From Candidatus Eiseniibacteriota bacterium (GTDB lineage Bacteria > Eisenbacteria > RBG-16-71-46), in the NCBI GenBank assembly GCA_963717505.1, contig OY970342.1:2272001-2336000 (forward strand): DNA of 64,000 bases, in the 5' to 3' direction. Under the pieces are notes generated by a model. That model was not told the origin of the DNA and did not search any database. It saw nothing but the letters and a program-made list of their open reading frames with translations. Shown here one piece after another: positions 29,445-37,496 of the stretch. How positions within the stretch are numbered: the first letter of the stretch is position 1; every line of letters starts with the position of its first letter. The translations under genes were made by a program, and so were the position numbers.

Positions 29445-30692
29445 CTAGAAATTGGCCTGGATGCCGAGCGTGATCCGGGCGCTGGTGTCCTCGACTCGAT
29501 CGTTGCCGGCGCCCACCGCCGGACCCTGCTCATCGCGCGGCCATACCGGTTCCTGCCAGCTCGTACGCTTCACCACCTCGCCGCCGAAGTCGATGCTCAG
29601 ATTCTGCACCCGATAGCCAATGCCGAGGGTGATCGCGGCGCGGTCCGCCTCGCGCTGGGCGTAGGACCTCGAGTAGCGGAAGCCGATCCGTCCCGGGAGC
29701 GCATTGTAGTAGACGTGCTCGAGGCCGAACCGGACGTCCCAGGTGTCATCCAGCTGGAGACCGGGCTGGAGGCCGTCTTCGACCTCGGACCAGTTCATCC
29801 AGACGAGGTCCATGGCGAAGGTCGTGCGGTGCGAGTTGCGGGGTCGAAAGGCGGCCGCCCCCTGAACGCGCAGCGGCAGCTCGAGGTCGGTGCTCGACGC
29901 CGACGGCGAGATGACGACGCCGTTCTGGGTCTGGGTGTAGTCGTTGTCCAGCGTCGGGCTGCTTTCGATGGCGATCGACGTCTGCAGCCGCTCGTTGATG
30001 CGCGCCGAGCCGCCCAGAGTCACCGACACGCCCGAGAGCCGGCGCTCGAGCTCGGTGACGCTGGCGCTGGACGTGCTGGTGTGGGGCACCAACGCGTCCC
30101 GGCTCGAGACCACGCCTTGGTACCAGTTGATCGCCAGACCGACGGCGCTTCCCGGCCGGATCGGAAGCGCAGCCCCCAGCGAGGTCGCGCGGATCACGCC
30201 CTCGGTGGTGATGAAGCGCTCGGCCAGGAGCTCGTCCGAGGTCGACGTGCTTCGGCGTTCGTCGTAGTAGTCGTAACGCGGGTCGTAGCGGTCGAACAGG
30301 CCGAGGCCCACCGCCAGCCCGCTCGCAATCCCCGAATCCCAGACGATCCCGCCGGAGAGCGCCGCATACTGGTGATCGTTCACAGCGATCGCCGCATCGT
30401 CGACGAAGGAGTCGAACGTGTCGAACAGCGGCACGAAGCGGACCTCGCTCGACCGCGCCAGCCCGACGCTCAGGTCCAGCCGGGAGCCGCGCGTGATCGC
30501 CATGCCCGCCGGGTTGTCCACCAGACTGTACGCCCCCTGGTTCAGGGCCGATCCGGCGCCGCCCATCGAGCGCGACCGCACCGACTGGCCGAGCTCCGGC
30601 GTCCCGTAGTAGCGGTCGAGCGCCGAGTCGGCCGCCACCGGGCCCGCGGCCAGGGCCGCGCCCAGGGCCGTCCACATCACCCATCGTTTCAT
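29445..30692 (-). CDS. Outer membrane beta-barrel protein (FadL/OmpP1/PorV-like)
   Basis: Signal peptide; RSRSMGGAG...NPAG N-terminal motif; amphipathic strands; ends LGIQANF; GAGGAGG RBS. Confidence 0.75.
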   Translation of the reverse strand: MKRWVMWTALGAALAAGPVAADSALDRYYGTPELGQSVRSRSMGGAGSALNQGAYSLVDNPAGMAITRGSRLDLSVGLARSSEVRFVPLFDTFDSFVDDAAIAVNDHQYAALSGGIVWDSGIASGLAVGLGLFDRYDPRYDYYDERRSTSTSDELLAERFITTEGVIRATSLGAALPIRPGSAVGLAINWYQGVVSSRDALVPHTSTSSASVTELERRLSGVSVTLGGSARINERLQTSIAIESSPTLDNDYTQTQNGVVISPSASSTDLELPLRVQGAAAFRPRNSHRTTFAMDLVWMNWSEVEDGLQPGLQLDDTWDVRFGLEHVYYNALPGRIGFRYSRSYAQREADRAAITLGIGYRVQNLSIDFGGEVVKRTSWQEPVWPRDEQGPAVGAGNDRVEDTSARITLGIQANF

Positions 30693-30712
30693 GGCAATCC
30701 TCCTCGTTCGCG

Positions 30713-33337
30713 TCACAGCGAATAGTCCAGTTGCAGGCGGAACCAGCTGCGGCTGTCCCGCGCGTTGGTCGCATCCGGCGTCGGCGGCACCAGATTCCCG
30801 AAGTCGCGGAAGTCCACGTAGGTCCGGGTCAGCTGGTGGTCGTTCGTCCACTTGAAACGCCACGACAGGCGGTCGGACAGGCGGCTGCGCATCAGGAACC
30901 AGTTGCGGAATCCCTTGCCGTCCATGACCGCGAATTCGTTGTCCTCGTAGTTGTAGAGGAATCCGTCGTAGACCTGGGTCGAGAACGTGAAGCTCAGGTA
31001 GTCGCTGATGTTGTGGGTGAACGCCGCCTGGAGCGCGTGCCCCGGCTCACCGCGCACCGCGGTGGTGTCGCCCTGGACGTCCCCGCCCGACGCCGGGCCG
31101 CTCAGTCGCCCGCGCTCCGCGAACGTGACGTTCCCGGTCGAGTACAGGAAGCGGACCTGGTCGTAGCTCGACAGGTTCGCGATCAGCTCGATGCGCGTGT
31201 CCCATGCATGGAAGGCGCGAATGTCGTCGGGCCGGTGGCCGTGGCGGCCGGAGTCGGAATGGCGAACGCGGACGCGCAGCGGGAAGATCGGTCGATACTC
31301 GAGTCGCACGACGAAGCGGCGCAGGTCGGCGTCGTCGGCCGCCCGGTACCAGGTGTCGTACTCGAGCCCCGAGAGCAGGAGCGGGCGACTGAACTGGTAG
31401 CGGGTGTTGAAGTACCAGCCGCGCTCGGACTTGGGCTGCGGCAGGTAGCGCGACAACTGCGCCCAGTAGGGATTGCGCAGGCGGAAGGCGTTGCCGTCGA
31501 GGATGGTCTGCTCGTAGCGCATGTCCTCGCTGAACGCGCGCGAGTAGGGATTGTCGTAGCCGATGTCGTAGTCGCGGTAGAGCGCCAGGGCGTTGAAGTT
31601 CTCGTACTGGACATAGCCCTGGGCGAGGAACGCCTCGGGACCGGCCGAGAAGATGCGGTCCAGGGTGCCGCCGTTGGGCGCGGTCTCCAGCTTGGCGTAC
31701 TCGGTGGCGAGCGCGACGTTGCGCCACACCGAGGCGCCTTCTGCGCCCCAGACGCGGCGGTAGTTACCGAGCGCCATGCTGTTGTACGCGGCGCCGATCT
31801 CGGCGTCGCGGTCCTCGATCCGGCCGGGGTCGATGACGATCTTGGTCGGATCGGGATTCCAGCGATCGGCGACCGGTCCGTCGAACAACAGGTTCTCGCT
31901 GCGGATGTTGAGCCCGGTGGCGCCGACGTACACGGTCGGCGCGAGCAGCACGCGCACGTTGCCGGCGGTGACCGTCTCCTCCATGACATCGCGCATCGGC
32001 AGGAACGCGCTGGTGTCGCCGCGGCCGGCGTACGCGCCGTTCTTTATGTCCTCCTGGATCCCCTCGAGCAGCTCGTCCTCGAGCCGAGGGGTCATCACGA
32101 TGTAGGAGTGGAACGATCCGTCGGGGTTGAGGATCGCGTCCTTGCGATCGCGCGAGTACAGGAACGCGCCGCGCACCGCTCCCAGGCTGGCCTCGACCGC
32201 ACCGCCGCGCAGGGCGAATTCCTCGGTGCGCGAGATGTCGGGGTGGACGCCGATCGCGCGCACGCCGAAGCCGAGGCCGGTGCGGCGCGGCATGAAGAAG
32301 TCGCTGTTCTCGAGGATCAGCCCCTGGCCGAACGCGGCCGAGTAGCTGCCGAGCACCGCCGAGTGGAGCTGGAACGGACCGAGCGGCGTATCGCGCGGTG
32401 GGAGCTTCTCGACTGCGACGTAACCCTTGAGTGTCTCGGTCCAGTCGTCCTCGCCCAGGTTGCGGTGGGCGAGCGCCCCGGCGCGCCAATGCTGGCCGAA
32501 GGTCATGCGCAGCTTCTGGGTGGTCGCCGGGTCGGTGGTGTTGAGCGCCAGGCGTCCGGCGTAGGTGTTCTTCTCGAAGTTGCGGAAGGTCTCGAGCTGG
32601 TCGTCGGCCAGGCCCTGGGTGTCGCCCAGGATGTTCTCCTCGAGGATGTCGGCGTCGTCGAGCACGTAGGGCGTGTTGTAGAGGCGGAACTGGTAGTCGA
32701 GGTTCAGCCGCTGGCGCCCCGCGGGCTCGTCGTAACGCACGAAGTCACGCAGGTTGCGGAAGCCCCAGTAACTCAGCCCCGCCGAGGCGCGGAGCTGGCG
32801 CGCGCTCTCGATGGTTCCGGTCTGTCGGCGCTCGCTCAGGATCGCGAGAGCATCGACCGGCGAGACGTTCTGGTAGAAGATCAGATCGAAGTAGCTCATG
32901 CGGTTGATGTTGCGCGGATCCTTGATCTGGTCGACGTAGGCGTCGACCAGACCCTCGCTCGCGCCCTCCTCGGCGAGCAGGCGCTGGACCAGGTAGTTGA
33001 GCTCGCCGGCCCGGCGTTCCTCCTCCTCCTGCTCGCGCCGCGCCGTCTCGAACACCGGCGCCACCTCGACTCGCGCGCGGATGAGCTGGAGCAGCTCGGG
33101 CGTCATGCCCGGGACCTGCAGCAGATCGAACAGGCTGTTGAAGTACGCCACGTAGGTGCGGTAGTCGACGACGGCCTCGGACACCTCGCCCGGCAGGCCG
33201 AGCTCGACCAGGTCCTGGACCGAGGCCTCGTTCAGGTCGACGATCGCCAACGAATCCGGGCCGGCCGCGAGTGCCATCGCGGGCATCGAGGTCGCGAAAG
33301 TGCCGGCCAACGCCAGGGCGATCAGGGCCGCGATCAC
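30713..33337 (-). CDS. Helix-hairpin-helix (ComEA-like) domain outer membrane protein with C-terminal beta-barrel
   Basis: GGAGG RBS before GTG 33337; signal peptide; VDLNEASVQDL...FNSLFDLLQVPGM plus a second HhH-like repeat; beta-signal-like end WFRLQLDYSL. Confidence 0.75.
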   Translation of the reverse strand: MIAALIALALAGTFATSMPAMALAAGPDSLAIVDLNEASVQDLVELGLPGEVSEAVVDYRTYVAYFNSLFDLLQVPGMTPELLQLIRARVEVAPVFETARREQEEEERRAGELNYLVQRLLAEEGASEGLVDAYVDQIKDPRNINRMSYFDLIFYQNVSPVDALAILSERRQTGTIESARQLRASAGLSYWGFRNLRDFVRYDEPAGRQRLNLDYQFRLYNTPYVLDDADILEENILGDTQGLADDQLETFRNFEKNTYAGRLALNTTDPATTQKLRMTFGQHWRAGALAHRNLGEDDWTETLKGYVAVEKLPPRDTPLGPFQLHSAVLGSYSAAFGQGLILENSDFFMPRRTGLGFGVRAIGVHPDISRTEEFALRGGAVEASLGAVRGAFLYSRDRKDAILNPDGSFHSYIVMTPRLEDELLEGIQEDIKNGAYAGRGDTSAFLPMRDVMEETVTAGNVRVLLAPTVYVGATGLNIRSENLLFDGPVADRWNPDPTKIVIDPGRIEDRDAEIGAAYNSMALGNYRRVWGAEGASVWRNVALATEYAKLETAPNGGTLDRIFSAGPEAFLAQGYVQYENFNALALYRDYDIGYDNPYSRAFSEDMRYEQTILDGNAFRLRNPYWAQLSRYLPQPKSERGWYFNTRYQFSRPLLLSGLEYDTWYRAADDADLRRFVVRLEYRPIFPLRVRVRHSDSGRHGHRPDDIRAFHAWDTRIELIANLSSYDQVRFLYSTGNVTFAERGRLSGPASGGDVQGDTTAVRGEPGHALQAAFTHNISDYLSFTFSTQVYDGFLYNYEDNEFAVMDGKGFRNWFLMRSRLSDRLSWRFKWTNDHQLTRTYVDFRDFGNLVPPTPDATNARDSRSWFRLQLDYSL

Positions 33338-33347
33338 GGGATACCTC

Positions 33348-34253
33348 CTAGCGCGCCCGCGGCTGCGCGTACCCGACGCCGAAGTGGTGCGTCTCGCCCA
33401 GCACGCCGCCTCCGGTCGAGAAGCCGTAGTCGAGCTGGACTCCCATCCAGCGCAGGCCGACGCCCGCAGTGAACACCGAGGGGTCGGACTTGATTCCAGC
33501 GCGCGCCCACAGGAACTCGGCGAGCTCGAACTCGGTGCCGCCGCGGTACTGCACCGCCTCGCCCAGCTCGTTGGCGATCTCGAGCACGGTCTCGACTCCG
33601 GGGTAGGGGGCGTAGGAAATGCCGGCCGCGACCCGGCGGCGCAGCTCTTCCTTGTCGCGATCGCCGATGGTCGGGTTGTTGAAGTTGAGCGCATGGAAGC
33701 CGATGCGGGTGCGCTCGCGCACCACCGCCACCGCGCCGACGCTGAGGCCGAACGTGGTCGCGCTGCCGGGATCGATCCCGGTCACCGACCGGCCGAAGTC
33801 GAGGCTGTAGAAGTCGACTGCCCAGCCGACCGCCAGCTCGCTCTGGCGGTCGCGGAGGATGTGGACACCGTGTGCGATTCCGAACGTGGTCTCCTGCTCC
33901 AGCGACTCGCCCAGGTATTCGACGCCGAAGGCGCGCACGCCGGCGCCGAGCCCGCCCCAACGCTCGGGCAGCGCCATGGCGCCGGCCGCAGTGCTCTGCG
34001 AGGAGAAGTCGTAGCCGAACGGGCGGACCGTCGAGGCTCCGGCCTGGATACGTCCCGCCCAGGCGAGCGAGGCCGGGTTGTGGAACACGGCGTAGGCATC
34101 GTCGCGCAACGCGGTCCAGGCGCCGCCCATGGCCCGCGCGCGCGGCGAGACCTCGATGTCCTCGAACGCTGCTCGAGCGGTAGCGGGCGTGCCGGCGCCG
34201 GCGGCAATCAGAACCGCGAGGAAGGTCGCGCAACGGAATCCGGAGCGGGCCAT
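33348..34253 (-). CDS. PorV/PorQ-like outer membrane beta-barrel protein
   Basis: SPRARAMGGA...VFHNPASL N-terminal motif; LDYGF...LGETHHFGVGY C-terminal motif; GGAGGAG RBS. Confidence 0.78.
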   Translation of the reverse strand: MARSGFRCATFLAVLIAAGAGTPATARAAFEDIEVSPRARAMGGAWTALRDDAYAVFHNPASLAWAGRIQAGASTVRPFGYDFSSQSTAAGAMALPERWGGLGAGVRAFGVEYLGESLEQETTFGIAHGVHILRDRQSELAVGWAVDFYSLDFGRSVTGIDPGSATTFGLSVGAVAVVRERTRIGFHALNFNNPTIGDRDKEELRRRVAAGISYAPYPGVETVLEIANELGEAVQYRGGTEFELAEFLWARAGIKSDPSVFTAGVGLRWMGVQLDYGFSTGGGVLGETHHFGVGYAQPRAR

Positions 34254-34261
34254 GACTCCTC

Positions 34262-37060
34262 CTACTGGAGCCGCACCGCGACCACGATCGGGGCGCGGTC
34301 CCGGCTGACGTTGCCGGTGTTGTCGGTGGACTCGACGTGACAGATGTAGAGCCCGGCGGGAACGAACTCGAAGGTCTCGTCGCGCGCGTCCCAGGTCAGG
34401 ACGCGGCTCGAGTTGCCGGTCAGCCGGCCATCGAACAGCACCTTCACCAGCCGGCCCTGAACGTCGAAGATCCGGCACACGACCCGGGTGTCGAGGACCG
34501 CGGTGATCGTGATCGGGAACACCTCGCCGATGCCGCTCAAGTTCCTGACCAGGGTCACCGGCGGCACCGACAGGCGCGCTTCGGTCGGCGGCGCGGGCGC
34601 GGGGGTGAAGGTCACGGTCGAGGCCGGCAGGATGACGTTGCCCGCCAGGTCGCGGACATTCGAGACTTCGACTGCGTACGAGGTGGCCGCGGCCAGTGCC
34701 GACGCCAGGCTCAAGGTCACCGCCGCGCCGCCGGTCGCGAGGGTCGCCCCGGTCACCGCGATCGGGCTGCCGGGGCTCGCGACTGGGTAGACCCGGTAGT
34801 TGGAGGTCTGGGTCGCGTCACCGGCCTGCACCGGCTCGGAGAAGTTGAGCTCCAGGGTGCTCGCACCGGCGATGCCGGATGCGGCGCCCAGGGTCGGGGG
34901 CTCGAGGTCCGGCCCAGTGCTCTTGAAGAAGTCGGTGGCGTTGCCGACGTTGATCTGGAACGTCGTCTGGAACGCGCCGCCCGCACCGCGCCCTGTGACC
35001 CGATCGCCGATCGTGAACGACGACGGTTGGATGCCGAGCCCGTTCCCGACCCGGAACGTGATGTTCGAACCGGCGTCGGTGGCGTCGTAGTTGTAGTTGC
35101 TGGCGCCGGACGCCGTGATCGCCGTCAGGGTCGCCGCCGTCTGGATGAAGGTGCCTTCCCACTGCGACGAGTTGGCCTGGACGACGCTGAGGATGCGCGG
35201 CCCGAGGTGCGGCTGCCCGGTGGCGATCGCCGCCGACGAGAACCCGGTGATCTCGACCGTGGTGAAGAACAGCTCGACCAGGCCGTTCACGCGCACCACG
35301 TTGCCGAGCGCATTGACTGCAGCCTGGATCGAGCCGCCGAACACGTTGATCCCGCGCCCCGAGCCGTCCTGGATGTAGCCGCTCGGCGTGCCACCCCGGC
35401 TGCCGACTGGAATGAAAACCTGGCCGACGACCGTGACGTTCTGACTGGTGTAGCCGGCGAGGTTCGCGTGGATGTCGGCGATGTTGACCACCGTGCCCGC
35501 CACCGTCGTCATGCCGAAGGGACCGCCCGAGGCCAGAGCCTCGCCGGTCGCACTGGTGACGCCGCCGACCGTGAGCTGGTAGGTCGTGGTCTGCGGCAGG
35601 GGTGAGGCGGTTTCTAGGATCGCGGTCTGCCCGTTCTCCTGGACGGTCGCCCCGGTGAGTGTGAGCGGCGGCGAGAACGAGTAGTTCGCGATCTGGACCG
35701 CCTGCGCGGCGTTCACCCGCTGGCTGAACGCGACCCCGACGTAGTCGGCGCCGAACTGGAAGACGCCGCGCACCTCGAACGCGGCCCCCGCCGCCGTGAA
35801 CGCGACCGTCGAGCCGGCCAGAATGACGTTGCCGGCGACGTCGGCGACGTTGCTGACCGCGACGGTGTAGGCGGTCGAGGCGGTGAGCGGGCTCGCGAGC
35901 GTCAGCGTGACCACGGCACCGCTGACCGCGGCGTTGGTCACCGCGATCGGGCTCCCGGGGGTCGCGGTCGGATAGACGGTGTAGTTGGCCGCGGTCGACG
36001 CCCCGGTCCCGACCGGCTCGCTGAAGGTGACGGTGATCTGCGACGTGCCGCCCTGGCCGCTCGCCGAAAGCAGCGTCGGCGGGGTGGTGTCGCCGACCGG
36101 TGCGCTTTCGTAGAAGTCGGCGGCGTTGCCGACCAGGATCTCGTAGGTCGTCCCGATCACCGCGCCCGCGCCGGCGCCGGTGACGACATCGTTGGCAGCG
36201 ACCGGCGCGGGATTGAGTCCGGTGGCGTTGCGCACGCGGTAGATGAACGGAATCGAGCCGTCGATCGCCGGGTAGTTGTAGTTGCTGGAGCCCGAGGCCG
36301 TCCCGGCCGCGGTGAGCGTGGCCGTGGTCTGGATGTAGGTGCCTTCCCACTGGGAGGAACTGGCCTGGGCGACGGTGAGCACCTTGGGCGCCAGGTGGGG
36401 TTGGCTCGCGGCCAGCTGGGTCGCGGTGTAGGCGGTCACTTCGACCGTCGCGAAGAACAGATCCGCGGTGCCGGTGGCCTTGACCACGCTGCCGAGCACA
36501 TCGGTGACCGGCTGGAGGGTGCCGCCGAACAGGTTGAGGCCGCGGCCGGTGCCGTCCTGGATGTAGGCGCTCGGCGTCGAGCCGCCGCTCGAAGCGGTCA
36601 GGAATACCTGGCCGATGACCGTGATGGTCGTTCCGTCGAGTGAGCCGATGTTGGCGTGGACCTGGTCGATTCCGAGCACGGTTTCGGCCACCGTGGTGAA
36701 CGTGGTGGGTCCGCCGGGCACCAGCGGATCACCGTCGTTGCTGGTGACCCCGCTGACCGCCACCTGATACGTGGCGCTCGCCGGCAGTGGGGCCGAAGCG
36801 ACGAGGAACACAGTGCGGTGATTGTCCTGGAGTGCCGCCGACTGCAGCGTGATCGCCGGCGCGCCACCCTGAGGCGTGATCGTGTAGCGCGCGATCTCGA
36901 CCGCCAGACTTGCGTTGACCGAGTCCGAGTAAGCGACGCCGATGTGCCCCGGCCCGAACTGGAACAGGCCCTGAACTTCGAACGCGCTGGCCGGCGCCGC
37001 GGCGGCGAGAGTCGCGAGCAGTGCGACGAACGTAGACCGCCGGCGGCGGGACGCGAGCAT
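34262..37060 (-). CDS. Large secreted protein with a tandemly duplicated Ig-like/OB-fold module and C-terminal FlgD/T9SS-like domain
   Basis: Signal peptide; two ~401-aa repeats (AFEVQGLFQFG / AFEVRGVFQFG; YIQDGTGRG / YIQDGSGRG; SSQWEGT twice; TFSEPV); tail IFDVQGRLVKVL...WDARD...GLYICHV. Confidence 0.8.
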   Translation of the reverse strand: MLASRRRRSTFVALLATLAAAAPASAFEVQGLFQFGPGHIGVAYSDSVNASLAVEIARYTITPQGGAPAITLQSAALQDNHRTVFLVASAPLPASATYQVAVSGVTSNDGDPLVPGGPTTFTTVAETVLGIDQVHANIGSLDGTTITVIGQVFLTASSGGSTPSAYIQDGTGRGLNLFGGTLQPVTDVLGSVVKATGTADLFFATVEVTAYTATQLAASQPHLAPKVLTVAQASSSQWEGTYIQTTATLTAAGTASGSSNYNYPAIDGSIPFIYRVRNATGLNPAPVAANDVVTGAGAGAVIGTTYEILVGNAADFYESAPVGDTTPPTLLSASGQGGTSQITVTFSEPVGTGASTAANYTVYPTATPGSPIAVTNAAVSGAVVTLTLASPLTASTAYTVAVSNVADVAGNVILAGSTVAFTAAGAAFEVRGVFQFGADYVGVAFSQRVNAAQAVQIANYSFSPPLTLTGATVQENGQTAILETASPLPQTTTYQLTVGGVTSATGEALASGGPFGMTTVAGTVVNIADIHANLAGYTSQNVTVVGQVFIPVGSRGGTPSGYIQDGSGRGINVFGGSIQAAVNALGNVVRVNGLVELFFTTVEITGFSSAAIATGQPHLGPRILSVVQANSSQWEGTFIQTAATLTAITASGASNYNYDATDAGSNITFRVGNGLGIQPSSFTIGDRVTGRGAGGAFQTTFQINVGNATDFFKSTGPDLEPPTLGAASGIAGASTLELNFSEPVQAGDATQTSNYRVYPVASPGSPIAVTGATLATGGAAVTLSLASALAAATSYAVEVSNVRDLAGNVILPASTVTFTPAPAPPTEARLSVPPVTLVRNLSGIGEVFPITITAVLDTRVVCRIFDVQGRLVKVLFDGRLTGNSSRVLTWDARDETFEFVPAGLYICHVESTDNTGNVSRDRAPIVVAVRLQ
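34580..36985 (-). repeat. Intragenic diverged tandem duplication, period 1203 nt (401 codons)
   Basis: Repeat starts at 36985 and 35782 with colinear conserved peptide motifs. Confidence 0.8.
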
Positions 37061-37109
37061 GAGGCCCTCCAGGCACGAGTGCGGTGCAGGCTTCTGCCCG
37101 CGCGTCTCT

Positions 37110-37125
37110 CGCACGGCTCGTGCCT
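37110..37125 (-). promoter_or_regulatory. Putative sigma54 (-24/-12) promoter for the leftward operon
   Basis: Reverse complement AGGCACGAGCCGTGCG has GG-N10-GC with GGCACG core, about 50 nt upstream of ATG 37060. Confidence 0.45.
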
Positions 37126-37398
37126 AGGCGTCGCAGGGATCGCCGTCCCGGCCGATCTCGGCCAGGAGCAAGCGGTTCACCGGATCCACCGTGGTACACG
37201 CGTGCCGGCCGGCGGGGAGGGGCGCTCAACGAACCCGCCGGAATGACAGTGCCCCCTGACACAACGGACATGCGCACCGACTGCCGCAGGCACGAACCGG
37301 TTCACCCCGCATTCGATCGCGCGCGGCAAGGAGCCAGCCGACAGCGACTTCCGATGTCGGGTTCGCACGCGATGGCTTCGAGACCGTCCCCCCGGCCA

Positions 37399-37414
37399 TG
37401 GCATGCGCGATGCG
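37399..37414 (+). promoter_or_regulatory. Putative sigma54 (-24/-12) promoter for the rightward gene
   Basis: TGGCATGCGCGATGCG with correct GG/GC spacing, about 80 nt upstream of ATG 37497. Confidence 0.55.
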
Positions 37415-37496
37415 TGAATGAGCGAGACCCGGCAGTCACGCCGGGACGTTCGCACCGCGCCGCTCCAGGGCGGTGTGCCACGAAGGAGGTGTCCTC

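Noticed and set aside
28023-33472. 900-aa and 913-aa plus-strand ORFs opposite the DNA-utilisation operon
   Set aside because: Antisense shadows of well-supported minus-strand genes.
37126-37398. Possible riboswitch or ncRNA in the divergent intergenic region
   Set aside because: Short GC stems (GGGGGCGC/GTGCCCCC) but no recognisable family consensus; an Rfam scan would be needed.
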